Source of the DNA: an uncultured Muribaculaceae bacterium
GTDB lineage: Bacteria; Pseudomonadota; Alphaproteobacteria; Rs-D84
Reading direction: 5' to 3'
NCBI GenBank assembly: GCA_964619545.1
Contig: CAZUED010000001.1
Coordinates: 49,898 to 113,897 of the forward strand
Length of the DNA: 64,000 nucleotides
How positions within the stretch are numbered: the first letter of the stretch is position 1; the number at the start of each line of letters is the position of its first letter. Shown here one piece after another: positions 49,711 to 58,919 of this stretch. The notes below the pieces were generated by a model. That model did no database searches and was not told where the DNA came from. It saw nothing but the letters and a program-made list of their open reading frames with translations. The translations under genes and the position numbers were made by a program.

Positions 49711-52449
49711 ATGAGAATAAAAAAAGCAATAATCGTTGGTTTGATGCTGCCTTTAGTATCTGAAATTTGCGCGATACCGGCGGGTGCTGTCAGCTATGTG
49801 AATACGCCGACCGCGCGCCCCAGCACTACGGCGCGTATGCCGACATTGTTGACAGGTTCAGTTGCCAGTACGGCTTATTCTACTGCGACTAATGCTGGAT
49901 TGGCTGCGACGTGTGCAAATCCATTACCGGAAAGGCTGACCTCTAACAGATGCATTGACAGATACGATTCGTGCCTGCGCCAAGAAAATGTCTGCGGCGA
50001 ACATTTTGAGCTGTGCTATAACTTAAAACAATTTAACAAGTCCCGCATAATGTGTCAGGATTATTTGGCACAATGTCCCGCCGAAGCAATCAAAGCCATC
50101 TTTGGAAATTCTGTTACAACATCGGATGATTTTTCCGCGGCGAACCGGGCGATGTGTGATGGCGAATCCGTTTTGATAAAAAGATCTTTTTCTCCATCAC
50201 TTGGTGACATTGCGGTCGCCGGTGATAGCAGAATAGACATCGCTATAAAAGAGGGTAGAAACTGGGCTGCTGCAAATAGCGTTAAAACTTGTAACAAAGC
50301 TGCTGATGTTTGTATTCAGAATGCTTGCCAAGGTTCTCCACAGAAATGTATTTCTTTGAATGGATTTTCAGATATAGACACGGCCGAGATGGTTAATATA
50401 GCAACAGCTGGCGAAACCACTTTGCGCTTGAATGCAAAAATGTTGGAAACTTGGATTTTCAATATGGGCTGGGATGACAGCAATGTAAAAAATTATCTGA
50501 AAGAGCAATGCCGTGAAACTATTGGTGCAAACGAATGGTGCTTTATGGTGACAAATGGCAAGCCAGCCAAGGAAGCAGACCTGGTTGATAATTTTAACAT
50601 CCAGGAAGTTTTCACAGACATTATGTATAATGGTGTTGGTGCCCGTTGGAAAATGTCACAATCCAAGATAAAAGAATGGGCGGCAGCTGCAACCAAAAAT
50701 TCTGTAGCGCAATGCCAGGCTGCATTGACCGATTGTGCAATTAATGCATGCGGTGAAGGATCGCGCGCACGGTGCTATGGATTGGCAAAAGATGGCAATT
50801 CGGTCAGTATAAAGAATAAAGCAGGTTCTGACATCGAAGGCCAATGCAAGAATTTGATAGAAAACAATCAATACTGCAAGGATGTTTTCCGTAACAAAGA
50901 AAATGGTTTGGATGGGGATGTCTGGACCCAGGTTTGGACAAATGATGTTATGGGGACCATAGTTGGTCTGGATTCCGATTTGCAAAAAATGTTTAACGAA
51001 GAGGCTGTGGCAGAAATGCGCCGTAGCTGTCAGGCTCAGGCTGAAAAATGTGTTATGGACGAATGCGGAAGCGATTTCTCGCGCTGCTTTATAACCAGCA
51101 GTGATGCTAAAAAGGCAGGCCAGGTTGCTTTTGCATCTGGCAAGGTAACCAGCAGTTTGTTTGCCGGCGGATTTGATGAAGCCTTGGCTCGTGACCTGTG
51201 CATACTGAAAGTAAAACAAGTCACAGATTGTAATGACTATTTTGATGTTCAATATGCAAAACAATCAAGTGGCAAAAGTGCTGATGCGTGGGCCACATCC
51301 AGCACGGCTCGTAATGCTTGGCTGGGCGCTGCGAACAGCACGACAGAAGACAATGTATGCCGAGTGACCGAAACCTATCTGGATAAATATGATGTTTCGG
51401 GCAATGCGATTGACCCAACGGTTAAGTTGGCGTCCAAGGTAAAGGTTTGCGCAGCCCAAGAACGCGGTATATTTGATGGATTGTTAGGCGATATAAACAA
51501 GCGCGCGAATTCGGTTCTAGAACGCGAAGCAAATGACATTAAAAACGCTTGTGAAAACAGCAATGTCAAGGGCTCGACCGCAAAAGATTATATCTGGGCG
51601 GCATTTGACGGGTTGGGCGGATCTGACGAATATAGTGGATTCAGTGAAGTTCGCGAAACAAGTAATCCGTTTGATGGATTCTGTGCAGTTCGTGTAACAA
51701 TTCGTTCTAATAATTCCAAAGTTGTCAGCGCACTTGGTGGTAATAAAACTATGTATTATGCAAAAGGCACAACTATGCCTTGCCTGGGCTTGACCGCGGA
51801 CGAGCTGGAAAAAGTCGAGCGCGCAGTTGCATCTGATGTAAGGTTCTGTGGTTCTGATGAAACAAATGCAACTCATGGCTGTGTAGAGAGAATGACAGGA
51901 TTGCAAAAAACCCTGAGTATAGGTGGCGCGACCTTGGGGGGCCTAGTTGTTGGTGGCTTGGGCGGGGTCATGGCTGGTAATGCGATACAGAATAAAATAA
52001 CCAGCTCGGGCAACAATCTCAGCGAGGCTGAACGGACTATATTAAACAATTGCAATTCTTGTTTGTCATCCCAAGGTGTTGGATTCAGCAGCAAAAACGC
52101 ATGCAGTTCTGCCAGTATGGGTGACAACGATGATGGCAAAAGCAATGTTGTTGCAAAAAATCTTTGCCAAGCAAAGGCGAACGAGCTGAATGCCAAGGCG
52201 AAAAAACAAACAAACAATCTGATGAACTTTGCCAGCACTGGCGGAATTACTGGGGCAAGTGTTGGTGCTGGATTGTTAGGTTTGACCGGCGGACTTTTGG
52301 CTGGTAATGCGATTGATCAAAATGAAAAGGATAAATTAGCAGAAGCCCGTCAGGCAGCCATAGATGATTTTAACGCTAAGACAGATATAAATTGTTATAT
52401 CGGCGGTAAAAAAGTTGCCGCGTATGGTTCAGATATGGTTATAAAATAA
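49711..52449 (+). CDS. Giant secreted cysteine-rich repeat protein (912 aa, 39 Cys) with two C-terminal glycine-zipper segments
   Basis: Signal peptide; three tandem super-repeats each carrying C-x6-C-x4-C-x6/7-C followed by C-x9/10-C; C-terminal LSIGGATLGGLVVGGLGGVMAGNAI and GGITGASVGAGLLGLTGGLLAGNAI. Confidence 0.55.
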   Translation: MRIKKAIIVGLMLPLVSEICAIPAGAVSYVNTPTARPSTTARMPTLLTGSVASTAYSTATNAGLAATCANPLPERLTSNRCIDRYDSCLRQENVCGEHFELCYNLKQFNKSRIMCQDYLAQCPAEAIKAIFGNSVTTSDDFSAANRAMCDGESVLIKRSFSPSLGDIAVAGDSRIDIAIKEGRNWAAANSVKTCNKAADVCIQNACQGSPQKCISLNGFSDIDTAEMVNIATAGETTLRLNAKMLETWIFNMGWDDSNVKNYLKEQCRETIGANEWCFMVTNGKPAKEADLVDNFNIQEVFTDIMYNGVGARWKMSQSKIKEWAAAATKNSVAQCQAALTDCAINACGEGSRARCYGLAKDGNSVSIKNKAGSDIEGQCKNLIENNQYCKDVFRNKENGLDGDVWTQVWTNDVMGTIVGLDSDLQKMFNEEAVAEMRRSCQAQAEKCVMDECGSDFSRCFITSSDAKKAGQVAFASGKVTSSLFAGGFDEALARDLCILKVKQVTDCNDYFDVQYAKQSSGKSADAWATSSTARNAWLGAANSTTEDNVCRVTETYLDKYDVSGNAIDPTVKLASKVKVCAAQERGIFDGLLGDINKRANSVLEREANDIKNACENSNVKGSTAKDYIWAAFDGLGGSDEYSGFSEVRETSNPFDGFCAVRVTIRSNNSKVVSALGGNKTMYYAKGTTMPCLGLTADELEKVERAVASDVRFCGSDETNATHGCVERMTGLQKTLSIGGATLGGLVVGGLGGVMAGNAIQNKITSSGNNLSEAERTILNNCNSCLSSQGVGFSSKNACSSASMGDNDDGKSNVVAKNLCQAKANELNAKAKKQTNNLMNFASTGGITGASVGAGLLGLTGGLLAGNAIDQNEKDKLAEARQAAIDDFNAKTDINCYIGGKKVAAYGSDMVIK

Positions 52450-52467
52450 GAAACCAGTTGTAAAAAA

Positions 52468-52496
52468 ATCCGCGCCTTTGACGCGGATTTTTTATT
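52468..52496. terminator. Bidirectional terminator (atccgcg-cctttga-cgcggat followed by TTTTTATT)
   Basis: Inverted repeat with a T-run, between convergent genes. Confidence 0.6.
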
Positions 52497-52523
52497 ATAA
52501 ATTTGTTATAATTTATAATTAGA

Positions 52524-53057
52524 TTATTTTTCAAACCACTTTTTTAATTCTCCGTATGCTGCGGCCAAATTTGTAAATTCTGTCGCGGCGGACTTTTTAT
52601 TTTTCGCCGTGTCGGGATGGTATTTTTTTGCAAGCAATCTATATTTTGCCGAAATTTCACGCCAGTTGGCAGTAGGCGGCAATTCTAAAACTTTCAGCGC
52701 GGATGAAACTGATGCAGGCCTACTGGGACGTGTAGGGGACGCGACTTTATCAAATATGCTGCGCCCGTTTATAAAATCTTTCAGGAAATTTACATACTCG
52801 GCATTAGCCTCGTCCGCCGCTGCGCGGTCTTTATCAGAAATTCCAAATGTTTCACGTTCCCAGTCTTGTTCAATTTCTTCCGAGCTCATACCCGCGTAAT
52901 AATTCCAGTTTTTATTGTATTCAGCAGCATGCTCTTTGCAGAACCAATGGTATTCAGACAGGTCGCGCGACTTTGGCGCGCGGCAAATACCTGCTTTTGT
53001 GCAGCCAGGAAAATCACATTTTGTTATCATTTTTTGTCGCCATTGGATGGTGTTCAA
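52524..53057 (-). CDS. J-domain (DnaJ-like) protein with an N-terminal Cys4 zinc-finger
   Basis: C-terminal ISAKYRLLAKKYHPDTAKNK...AAYGELKK (HPD motif); N-terminal CDFPGC...C...C. The start may be at MITKC (53030). Confidence 0.6.
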   Translation of the reverse strand: MNTIQWRQKMITKCDFPGCTKAGICRAPKSRDLSEYHWFCKEHAAEYNKNWNYYAGMSSEEIEQDWERETFGISDKDRAAADEANAEYVNFLKDFINGRSIFDKVASPTRPSRPASVSSALKVLELPPTANWREISAKYRLLAKKYHPDTAKNKKSAATEFTNLAAAYGELKKWFEK

Positions 53058-53880
53058 ATACCGCTTCTTTTAATTTTTCCGGCATTACGTGAGTATAGAT
53101 TTGTGTGGTTGCAATGTCTTCGTGGCCCAGCATCATTTGTATTGCTCGCAAGTTTGCACCGCCCGCCAACAAATGTGACGCGAACGAATGCCGCAGCACA
53201 TGAGGGCTGACCCGCGCGGGCGAAATTCCAGACAAAACCGCGCATTTTTTTATAATCTTGAAAAATCCATCGCGCGTCAGATGTCCGGTTTTACTGGTAG
53301 ATGGAAACACGTATTTAGAATTTGTATCCCCCCCTCGAAGTTCTAACCATTTTGCCAATGCTTCTTGAGCGCCAGTATGCATTGGAACCATACGTTCTTT
53401 TGCGCCTTTGCCATGAATTAACAATTTTTCGCCAAGTATTCCAGTCATTGGTAATTCGCATAATTCAGAAACTCGCAATCCTGACGCATACAGCAATTCA
53501 ATCATAGCCCTCAGACGCGTTGCATTCCGTGTGTCGCCCGCGTTAGAAATTAAAAGTTCTATTTCTTCGGGGCTTAAAAATTTTGGTAATTTTTTTTGTT
53601 TCTTTGGCAGCTCTAATCCAGCTGCTGGATTTTCCGAGATTATTTTTTCTGTTGCAAGAAATTTGAAAAATTGACGTAATGCGCTGGTCTTTCTGGCAAT
53701 AGAAGCCGGCGCTTCATGCAGTCCGGCCAGATACTTTTCCAACTGCGTTGACGTTGCGATTGATAGATTTCCAATCACGTCCGCAGCCATGCGTAAATCG
53801 CGACCATAGGCCTCTAAGGTTTTCACGCTGCGTCCTTTTTCAGCCGCCAGCATTTCCAAAAAAATTTCTATATGATTCAT
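53014..53880 (-). CDS. xerD: Tyrosine site-specific recombinase XerD
   Basis: N-terminal IEIFLEMLAAEKGRSVKTLEAYGRDL, ENPA..L..PK..KKLPKFLS, RLRAMIELLYASGLRVSEL, HVLRHSFASHLL, LGHEDIATTQIYTHV. Start trimmed to MNHIEIF. Confidence 0.85.
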   Translation of the reverse strand: MNHIEIFLEMLAAEKGRSVKTLEAYGRDLRMAADVIGNLSIATSTQLEKYLAGLHEAPASIARKTSALRQFFKFLATEKIISENPAAGLELPKKQKKLPKFLSPEEIELLISNAGDTRNATRLRAMIELLYASGLRVSELCELPMTGILGEKLLIHGKGAKERMVPMHTGAQEALAKWLELRGGDTNSKYVFPSTSKTGHLTRDGFFKIIKKCAVLSGISPARVSPHVLRHSFASHLLAGGANLRAIQMMLGHEDIATTQIYTHVMPEKLKEAVFEHHPMATKNDNKM

Positions 53881-54003
53881 TGTAATACGATTTCCGTCAT
53901 ATGCTGAGCATGCGGAAATGAAATCAACATCAAAGCCAGCAAAGCCACAGCCAGAAGTATCCACAACCATTTAAGAAAATTATTTTTTTTATATTTTTTC
54001 ATA

Positions 54004-55071
54004 TTAAATTGCCTCGAAAGATACTATCCACATTGCCGCAAAGGATGTGATTATCAGTGGGGGCAGACCAGCTGCCAAAATCGTTGGCAGTGCGCCGCTG
54101 GTGCCCAGTGCGCCAAACACATTCATTACGAAATACAACCCAAAACAAACCATAATTCCAGTGCCGAATTTTACGCCGAATGAAAAGTTTCTGCGTTCGC
54201 GTGTTTGTGAGAAAGCTGTTCCCAAAGTTGTCATTGCAATCAATGTCAAAGGCAAAAATAGCAGGGTCCAGAACTGCGTTAGATGACCCCGAACTGGCAA
54301 TCCCATTTGTCGCATATTTTTTATCATTTTGGGCAGGTGCCAGAACGAAACCTGATCAGGCTTTAGATGTTTTTCTAGAAAATTCGCAGGTGTTGCCTGG
54401 GATTTACGCGACCAGTTTTTAATCTGCACTGGCGTGCCATCTGCACCATAAGCGCGGGCAGATTTTACCAATAATTCACCATTAGTCATTGTTAGTTTAT
54501 CTGTTTCAATTCTTTGCCGGAAACCAGAATTACTATCCTGAACAAAGGCGGATACATCAGAAAATACCAGTTCACCAGTTTTTTTCTGTTTGACGCCCTC
54601 GGCACGCATTATGAATGATCCATTTTCATTAGTTTCACGCAACCATATCGCATCATCAGACAAGTCAAAGCTTGCAATGTCTATATTTTCAGCGCTTTTA
54701 CTGACAGCATATGGATTGATCACACATGTTGTAAACACGCCTATTAAAAATGCCGTTATTATAAAAGGTTTTATTTTTTGCCATGGGGATAATCCTGCAC
54801 CTGAAATAATTACCGATTCGGACGAAGTGGTTAAATTATAAGCTGTCAATAAAGTTCCCATAAATACCGCCAGTGGCAGAAAAATCGGAATATATTCCAA
54901 TAGGCTGCTAAAAGAAACACTTGCTGCAATCAAGGCAGAGCTTTCACGAGGCAGCTTTTCAACAAAGGTTATCGCAAAAATTATTCCTGAAATAATCAAA
55001 AGCACCAACCCCACTCCGGATAAAAACCGGCGGGCCAGAAAAATGCTTAAAATTTTTGGCTTTATTCTCAT
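54004..55071 (-). CDS. LPS export permease LptF/LptG family (YjgP/YjgQ)
   Basis: FLARRFLSGVGLVLLIISGIIFAITFV N-terminus, six TM segments with a large periplasmic loop. Confidence 0.65.
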   Translation of the reverse strand: MRIKPKILSIFLARRFLSGVGLVLLIISGIIFAITFVEKLPRESSALIAASVSFSSLLEYIPIFLPLAVFMGTLLTAYNLTTSSESVIISGAGLSPWQKIKPFIITAFLIGVFTTCVINPYAVSKSAENIDIASFDLSDDAIWLRETNENGSFIMRAEGVKQKKTGELVFSDVSAFVQDSNSGFRQRIETDKLTMTNGELLVKSARAYGADGTPVQIKNWSRKSQATPANFLEKHLKPDQVSFWHLPKMIKNMRQMGLPVRGHLTQFWTLLFLPLTLIAMTTLGTAFSQTRERRNFSFGVKFGTGIMVCFGLYFVMNVFGALGTSGALPTILAAGLPPLIITSFAAMWIVSFEAI

Positions 55072-55108
55072 AATTTTTCAATTATAATCCGCAACAAAGG
55101 GAAAATCT

Positions 55109-55576
55109 ATGGAAAAAAAGCCCATATCAAAACAAGGATTCGAAGCACTTAATGCAGAACTGAAAAATCTGCGTGAAATTGAAAGACCAGCAATCATAAA
55201 AGTTGTGCAGTGGGCGCGCAGTTTGGGCGATTTGTCCGAAAATGCCGACTATTCAGCTGCAAAAGAAAAACAGCGGATTATTGATGGAAGAATCAGGTTT
55301 TTGGAAGATTATATCAAGGATGCAATGGTGATTGACACAGATTCATTGTCTGGAAATCGCGTAACATTCGGCGCATTTGTTATTGCTGAAGATTCTGATG
55401 GCAACCCAATGAAATGCCGAATTTTATCAGATGTAGAAGCAGACGGGAAAATGGTTATCGCATGCACCAGCCCGGTTGGCCGTGCTTTTATCGGAAAGTG
55501 CGCAGGAGATACTTGTATTGTTCGCACACCAGGTGGCGAGCGAGAATATGAAATCTTGGAAGTGAAGTTCAAATAA
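55109..55576 (+). CDS. greA: Transcription elongation factor GreA
   Basis: PISKQGFEALNAELKNLREIERPAIIKVVQWARSLGDLSENADYSAAKEKQ. Confidence 0.93.
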   Translation: MEKKPISKQGFEALNAELKNLREIERPAIIKVVQWARSLGDLSENADYSAAKEKQRIIDGRIRFLEDYIKDAMVIDTDSLSGNRVTFGAFVIAEDSDGNPMKCRILSDVEADGKMVIACTSPVGRAFIGKCAGDTCIVRTPGGEREYEILEVKFK

Positions 55577-55578
55577 TT

Positions 55579-57258
55579 ATGCCAGTTCGCATATTGCCAG
55601 ATTTTTTAATAAACCAAATCGCCGCAGGCGAGGTGGTTGAACGTCCCGCCAGTGTGGTGAAAGAGTTGGTCGAAAATTCTTTGGATTCCGGGGCCGATCA
55701 GGTTGTGATAGACGTAATAGATGGTGGCCGAACATTGATTTCTGTTATAGATAATGGCAAGGGTATGAGCCCGGAAGATTTGGCAAACAGTATAAAGCGA
55801 CATGCCACCAGCAAACTTCCATCTGATGATTTATTGAATATAAACTTTATGGGATTTCGTGGCGAGGCATTGCCATCTATTGCCAGTGTCAGTGATATGA
55901 CAATTGACTCTGTTGGGCTGAATTTGGATTGTACAACTTTTGAAATAAAGCCTTCTGCATGGGAATCTGGCACGCGTGTTCGTGCCCAGAATTTATTTGC
56001 AAAAACGCCCGCCCGGCTGAAATTTCTACGGGGCGATCGCGCGGAAATGATGTCCGTGGTCGAGGTTGTAAAAAGACTGGTCATGGCACGATCCGATGTT
56101 GGATTTACCCTGAATAACAAATGGCGGTTCCCGAAAAATCAGCCACTGATTGATCGTATTGTTGCAGTCATGGGCGATGATTGCATAAATCACATGATTA
56201 AAATTGAAAATGAAAATAACGGATTGCGGTTATCTGGTTTTGTGTCTGTGCCAACTTTGCGCCGTGCTTCATCTATCGATCAGTATTTATTTGTTAATGG
56301 TCGTCCGGTCAAGGACAAGGTTTTAATCGGCGCACTGCGCGCGGCATACATGGATGTTATGCATGCGCGCGAATTTCCGCTTTGTGCGCTGTATTTGGAA
56401 TTACCTGCGGACCAGGTTGATGTTAATGTATCGCCCGCCAAGACCGAGGTGCATTTTTTAGAACCAGCCCGAATTCGTGGCTTTATAATAAAAACAATTC
56501 GTAATGCGCTGGCCCAGCCAATGGCCGGCTTTGTCTCCAAAGGTGAAATACCAAAACCAAATCTAAATTTAAATCAACAGAATATATTTAATAATAGTAA
56601 TGATTTTTTTCTTGTGCGCGAGCAGGTAAAAAATGTTATCCAGCAAAACAGGAATACCGACAACTTTGCTGATTCTGCAAATCAATCTGTACCTTTTCCG
56701 CTGGGTCGGGTCATTGGTCAGATTGGAAATAAATACATTTTGGCAGAAAGCCAGCAAGGTCTGGTCATAGTTGATCAGCATGCTGCCCATGAAAGAATTA
56801 CCTATGAGCGTCTGCGAGGACATGAAATTAAAGTGCAAAAGTTATTGGTTCCAATGGTAATAACATTAAAGCCGGAAGAGGTCTGGGCAATTTTAGAAAT
56901 CGCGGACGAGCTGGCTGAATGTGGTCTGCAACTGGTACAATTCGGTGAAAACTCTGTTGCAATAAGTGAAAAGCCAGCGGACTGGGATTTGGATTGGACA
57001 GCGCTTTTACGCGATGTGGCGGTGGAGGTTTTGGAAAACGGACATTCATCCCAGTTAAGTGAAAAATTGCATTTAAAACTGGCAAACTATGCCTGTCATC
57101 ATTCGGTTCGGGCAGGTCAGTGTTTAACGACCCAGGCCATGGATGCGCTGCTGCGCGACATTGAAAAAACCGAGCGTGGTGGCGAATGCAATCATGGTCG
57201 TCCAGTTTATAAAATAATCCCAGTTTCCCAGTTGGATGGTTGGTTCGAGCGAAGCTAG
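55579..57258 (+). CDS. mutL: DNA mismatch repair protein MutL
   Basis: ILPDFLINQIAAGEVVERPASVVKELVENSLDSGA GHKL N-terminus; C-terminal dimerisation domain. Confidence 0.93.
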   Translation: MPVRILPDFLINQIAAGEVVERPASVVKELVENSLDSGADQVVIDVIDGGRTLISVIDNGKGMSPEDLANSIKRHATSKLPSDDLLNINFMGFRGEALPSIASVSDMTIDSVGLNLDCTTFEIKPSAWESGTRVRAQNLFAKTPARLKFLRGDRAEMMSVVEVVKRLVMARSDVGFTLNNKWRFPKNQPLIDRIVAVMGDDCINHMIKIENENNGLRLSGFVSVPTLRRASSIDQYLFVNGRPVKDKVLIGALRAAYMDVMHAREFPLCALYLELPADQVDVNVSPAKTEVHFLEPARIRGFIIKTIRNALAQPMAGFVSKGEIPKPNLNLNQQNIFNNSNDFFLVREQVKNVIQQNRNTDNFADSANQSVPFPLGRVIGQIGNKYILAESQQGLVIVDQHAAHERITYERLRGHEIKVQKLLVPMVITLKPEEVWAILEIADELAECGLQLVQFGENSVAISEKPADWDLDWTALLRDVAVEVLENGHSSQLSEKLHLKLANYACHHSVRAGQCLTTQAMDALLRDIEKTERGGECNHGRPVYKIIPVSQLDGWFERS

Positions 57259-57446
57259 AATACAAATTGTTCAACACAATAAATTAATTTCACTTGATTT
57301 TTTATAATTATTGAATTTCTTGTTTGCCCGAATCGCAATTATTTGCTATGAATCCTTTTAAAAGGAAGGAGACGGATTGATACAAAGTCCGCAAAGTTGC
57401 AAAAATATGCACGAACGCAGGCACTTTTGTGTGTGCAGGTTTTTGT

Positions 57447-58508
57447 ATGCGGATGATTATTTGTAGTTTTCTGTTTCTGATTTTTATTTCGTTACCGGCA
57501 TATTCGGCCATGACAACCAAAACATATATGGAGCGCAAAACCAATGTTGCAGGCGCGGGTATGGCCACAGCCGGTCAGATAGCAAAGTATGTTGCAGATG
57601 GTGCGACCGGCGAAATGAAACTGGTTGGTGCGGCTGCCTCGGATATTTCTGGTGTACTTGGCGCAATGAGTGTCAGAGACATTTTAACTGGTACCGACAC
57701 AGAAAACAAATTGGCAAGTGCACAAACAATAAACGCTGCAATGGGTGGATACGCAACGACAGCTGGAACAAGTACCGCCTATACTGCAACTATTCCGGGG
57801 TTCGTATTGCAAGATGGCGCAAAAGTAAGATTAAAAATACACACTACTAATAGTGCTTCTGCGACATTGAATGTAAGTGGGACAGGTGCGAAAAATATGA
57901 CATTGTATACGGGTGTAAATATACCATATGCTTATTTTTATAGCAATATGGTAGCGGACTTTGTATATGATAATACTAGCGGCAAGTGGATGATTGTGAG
58001 CGCAGTAATTCAAGGGGCTTCTGATGGTATTCGACAAGGGAATGCTGTTAATTTTTATAGATATAGTGGTTCTGGTTTAAAATCTGCGATTCTTAATTAT
58101 GGTGGCGCGGCGATTACGACTGCCGGGACAGCTGCAGCTTATACAATAACAGATACAACAAATTATACCAGTACAGCCGCCTATCTGGATGCGGGGACCA
58201 AGGTTGTTGTAAAGATGCATTTGGCGAATGCCGCAAGCGCAACCCTGAATCTGAATGCGCTTGGCGCAAAGGCTATCTTTTTCAATGGCGCCGCCATTGC
58301 TGCTGGAATGCTGCAATTAAATGGGACATACACTTTTGTTTATGATGGAACAAACTGGAATGTTGTTCAGGCCCCAGGTGTAATTCCGCTTACTCCGGCC
58401 GAGTGTCTGGATACGGCCAATAGATGCTTGCTGGCCTATGGCGACACCGATTTGGTTACTGCCGGAATCCAGGGGCCAGGTTATATTTGGGAAGTAGTGG
58501 ACAGATAA
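57447..58508 (+). CDS. Secreted protein with two ~110-aa tandem repeats
   Basis: Signal peptide MRMIICSFLFLIFISLPAYSA; internal repeats TAGTSTAYTATIPG...SASATLNVSGTGAKNM...FVYDNTSGKWMIVSAV and TAGTAAAYTITDTT...AASATLNLNALGAKAI...FVYDGTNWNVVQAP. Confidence 0.5.
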   Translation: MRMIICSFLFLIFISLPAYSAMTTKTYMERKTNVAGAGMATAGQIAKYVADGATGEMKLVGAAASDISGVLGAMSVRDILTGTDTENKLASAQTINAAMGGYATTAGTSTAYTATIPGFVLQDGAKVRLKIHTTNSASATLNVSGTGAKNMTLYTGVNIPYAYFYSNMVADFVYDNTSGKWMIVSAVIQGASDGIRQGNAVNFYRYSGSGLKSAILNYGGAAITTAGTAAAYTITDTTNYTSTAAYLDAGTKVVVKMHLANAASATLNLNALGAKAIFFNGAAIAAGMLQLNGTYTFVYDGTNWNVVQAPGVIPLTPAECLDTANRCLLAYGDTDLVTAGIQGPGYIWEVVDR

Positions 58509-58595
58509 AAATTTTGGTTTGCCAAATACTTAAAAAAACACTGGCGTCGCCAGTGTTTTTTTACTATCTTTCGACAAGTAAAAAGGAGAAAATAC

Positions 58596-58898
58596 ATGAA
58601 TACTGATGTTGCAAATACAATTATGCCCGCTGCGGCAGCGCCAAAAAATGATGTTTGGGGTTTGGTTATTTATTGCGCGATAATTTTCGCGATAATTTAT
58701 TTCTTTATGATTATGCCAAACAAGCGCAGAATGAAAGAATACCAGAAGATGTTGGATGGATTAAAAGTCGGAAATCGCGTATTGGCCGCCGGAATTTATG
58801 GGACTATTAAAAAAATAGGCGAAAAAACGATTGATTTGGAAATTGCAAAAGGTGTTGTTATCGAGGTTTCTAAAAACTCTATTGCAAACGTAGAATAA
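58596..58898 (+). CDS. yajC: Preprotein translocase subunit YajC
   Basis: Single TM helix, then PNKRRMKEYQKMLDGLKVGNRVLAAGIYGTI. Confidence 0.85.
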   Translation: MNTDVANTIMPAAAAPKNDVWGLVIYCAIIFAIIYFFMIMPNKRRMKEYQKMLDGLKVGNRVLAAGIYGTIKKIGEKTIDLEIAKGVVIEVSKNSIANVE

Positions 58899-58919
58899 TT
58901 AAAATCTAAGGTCTTTGGA

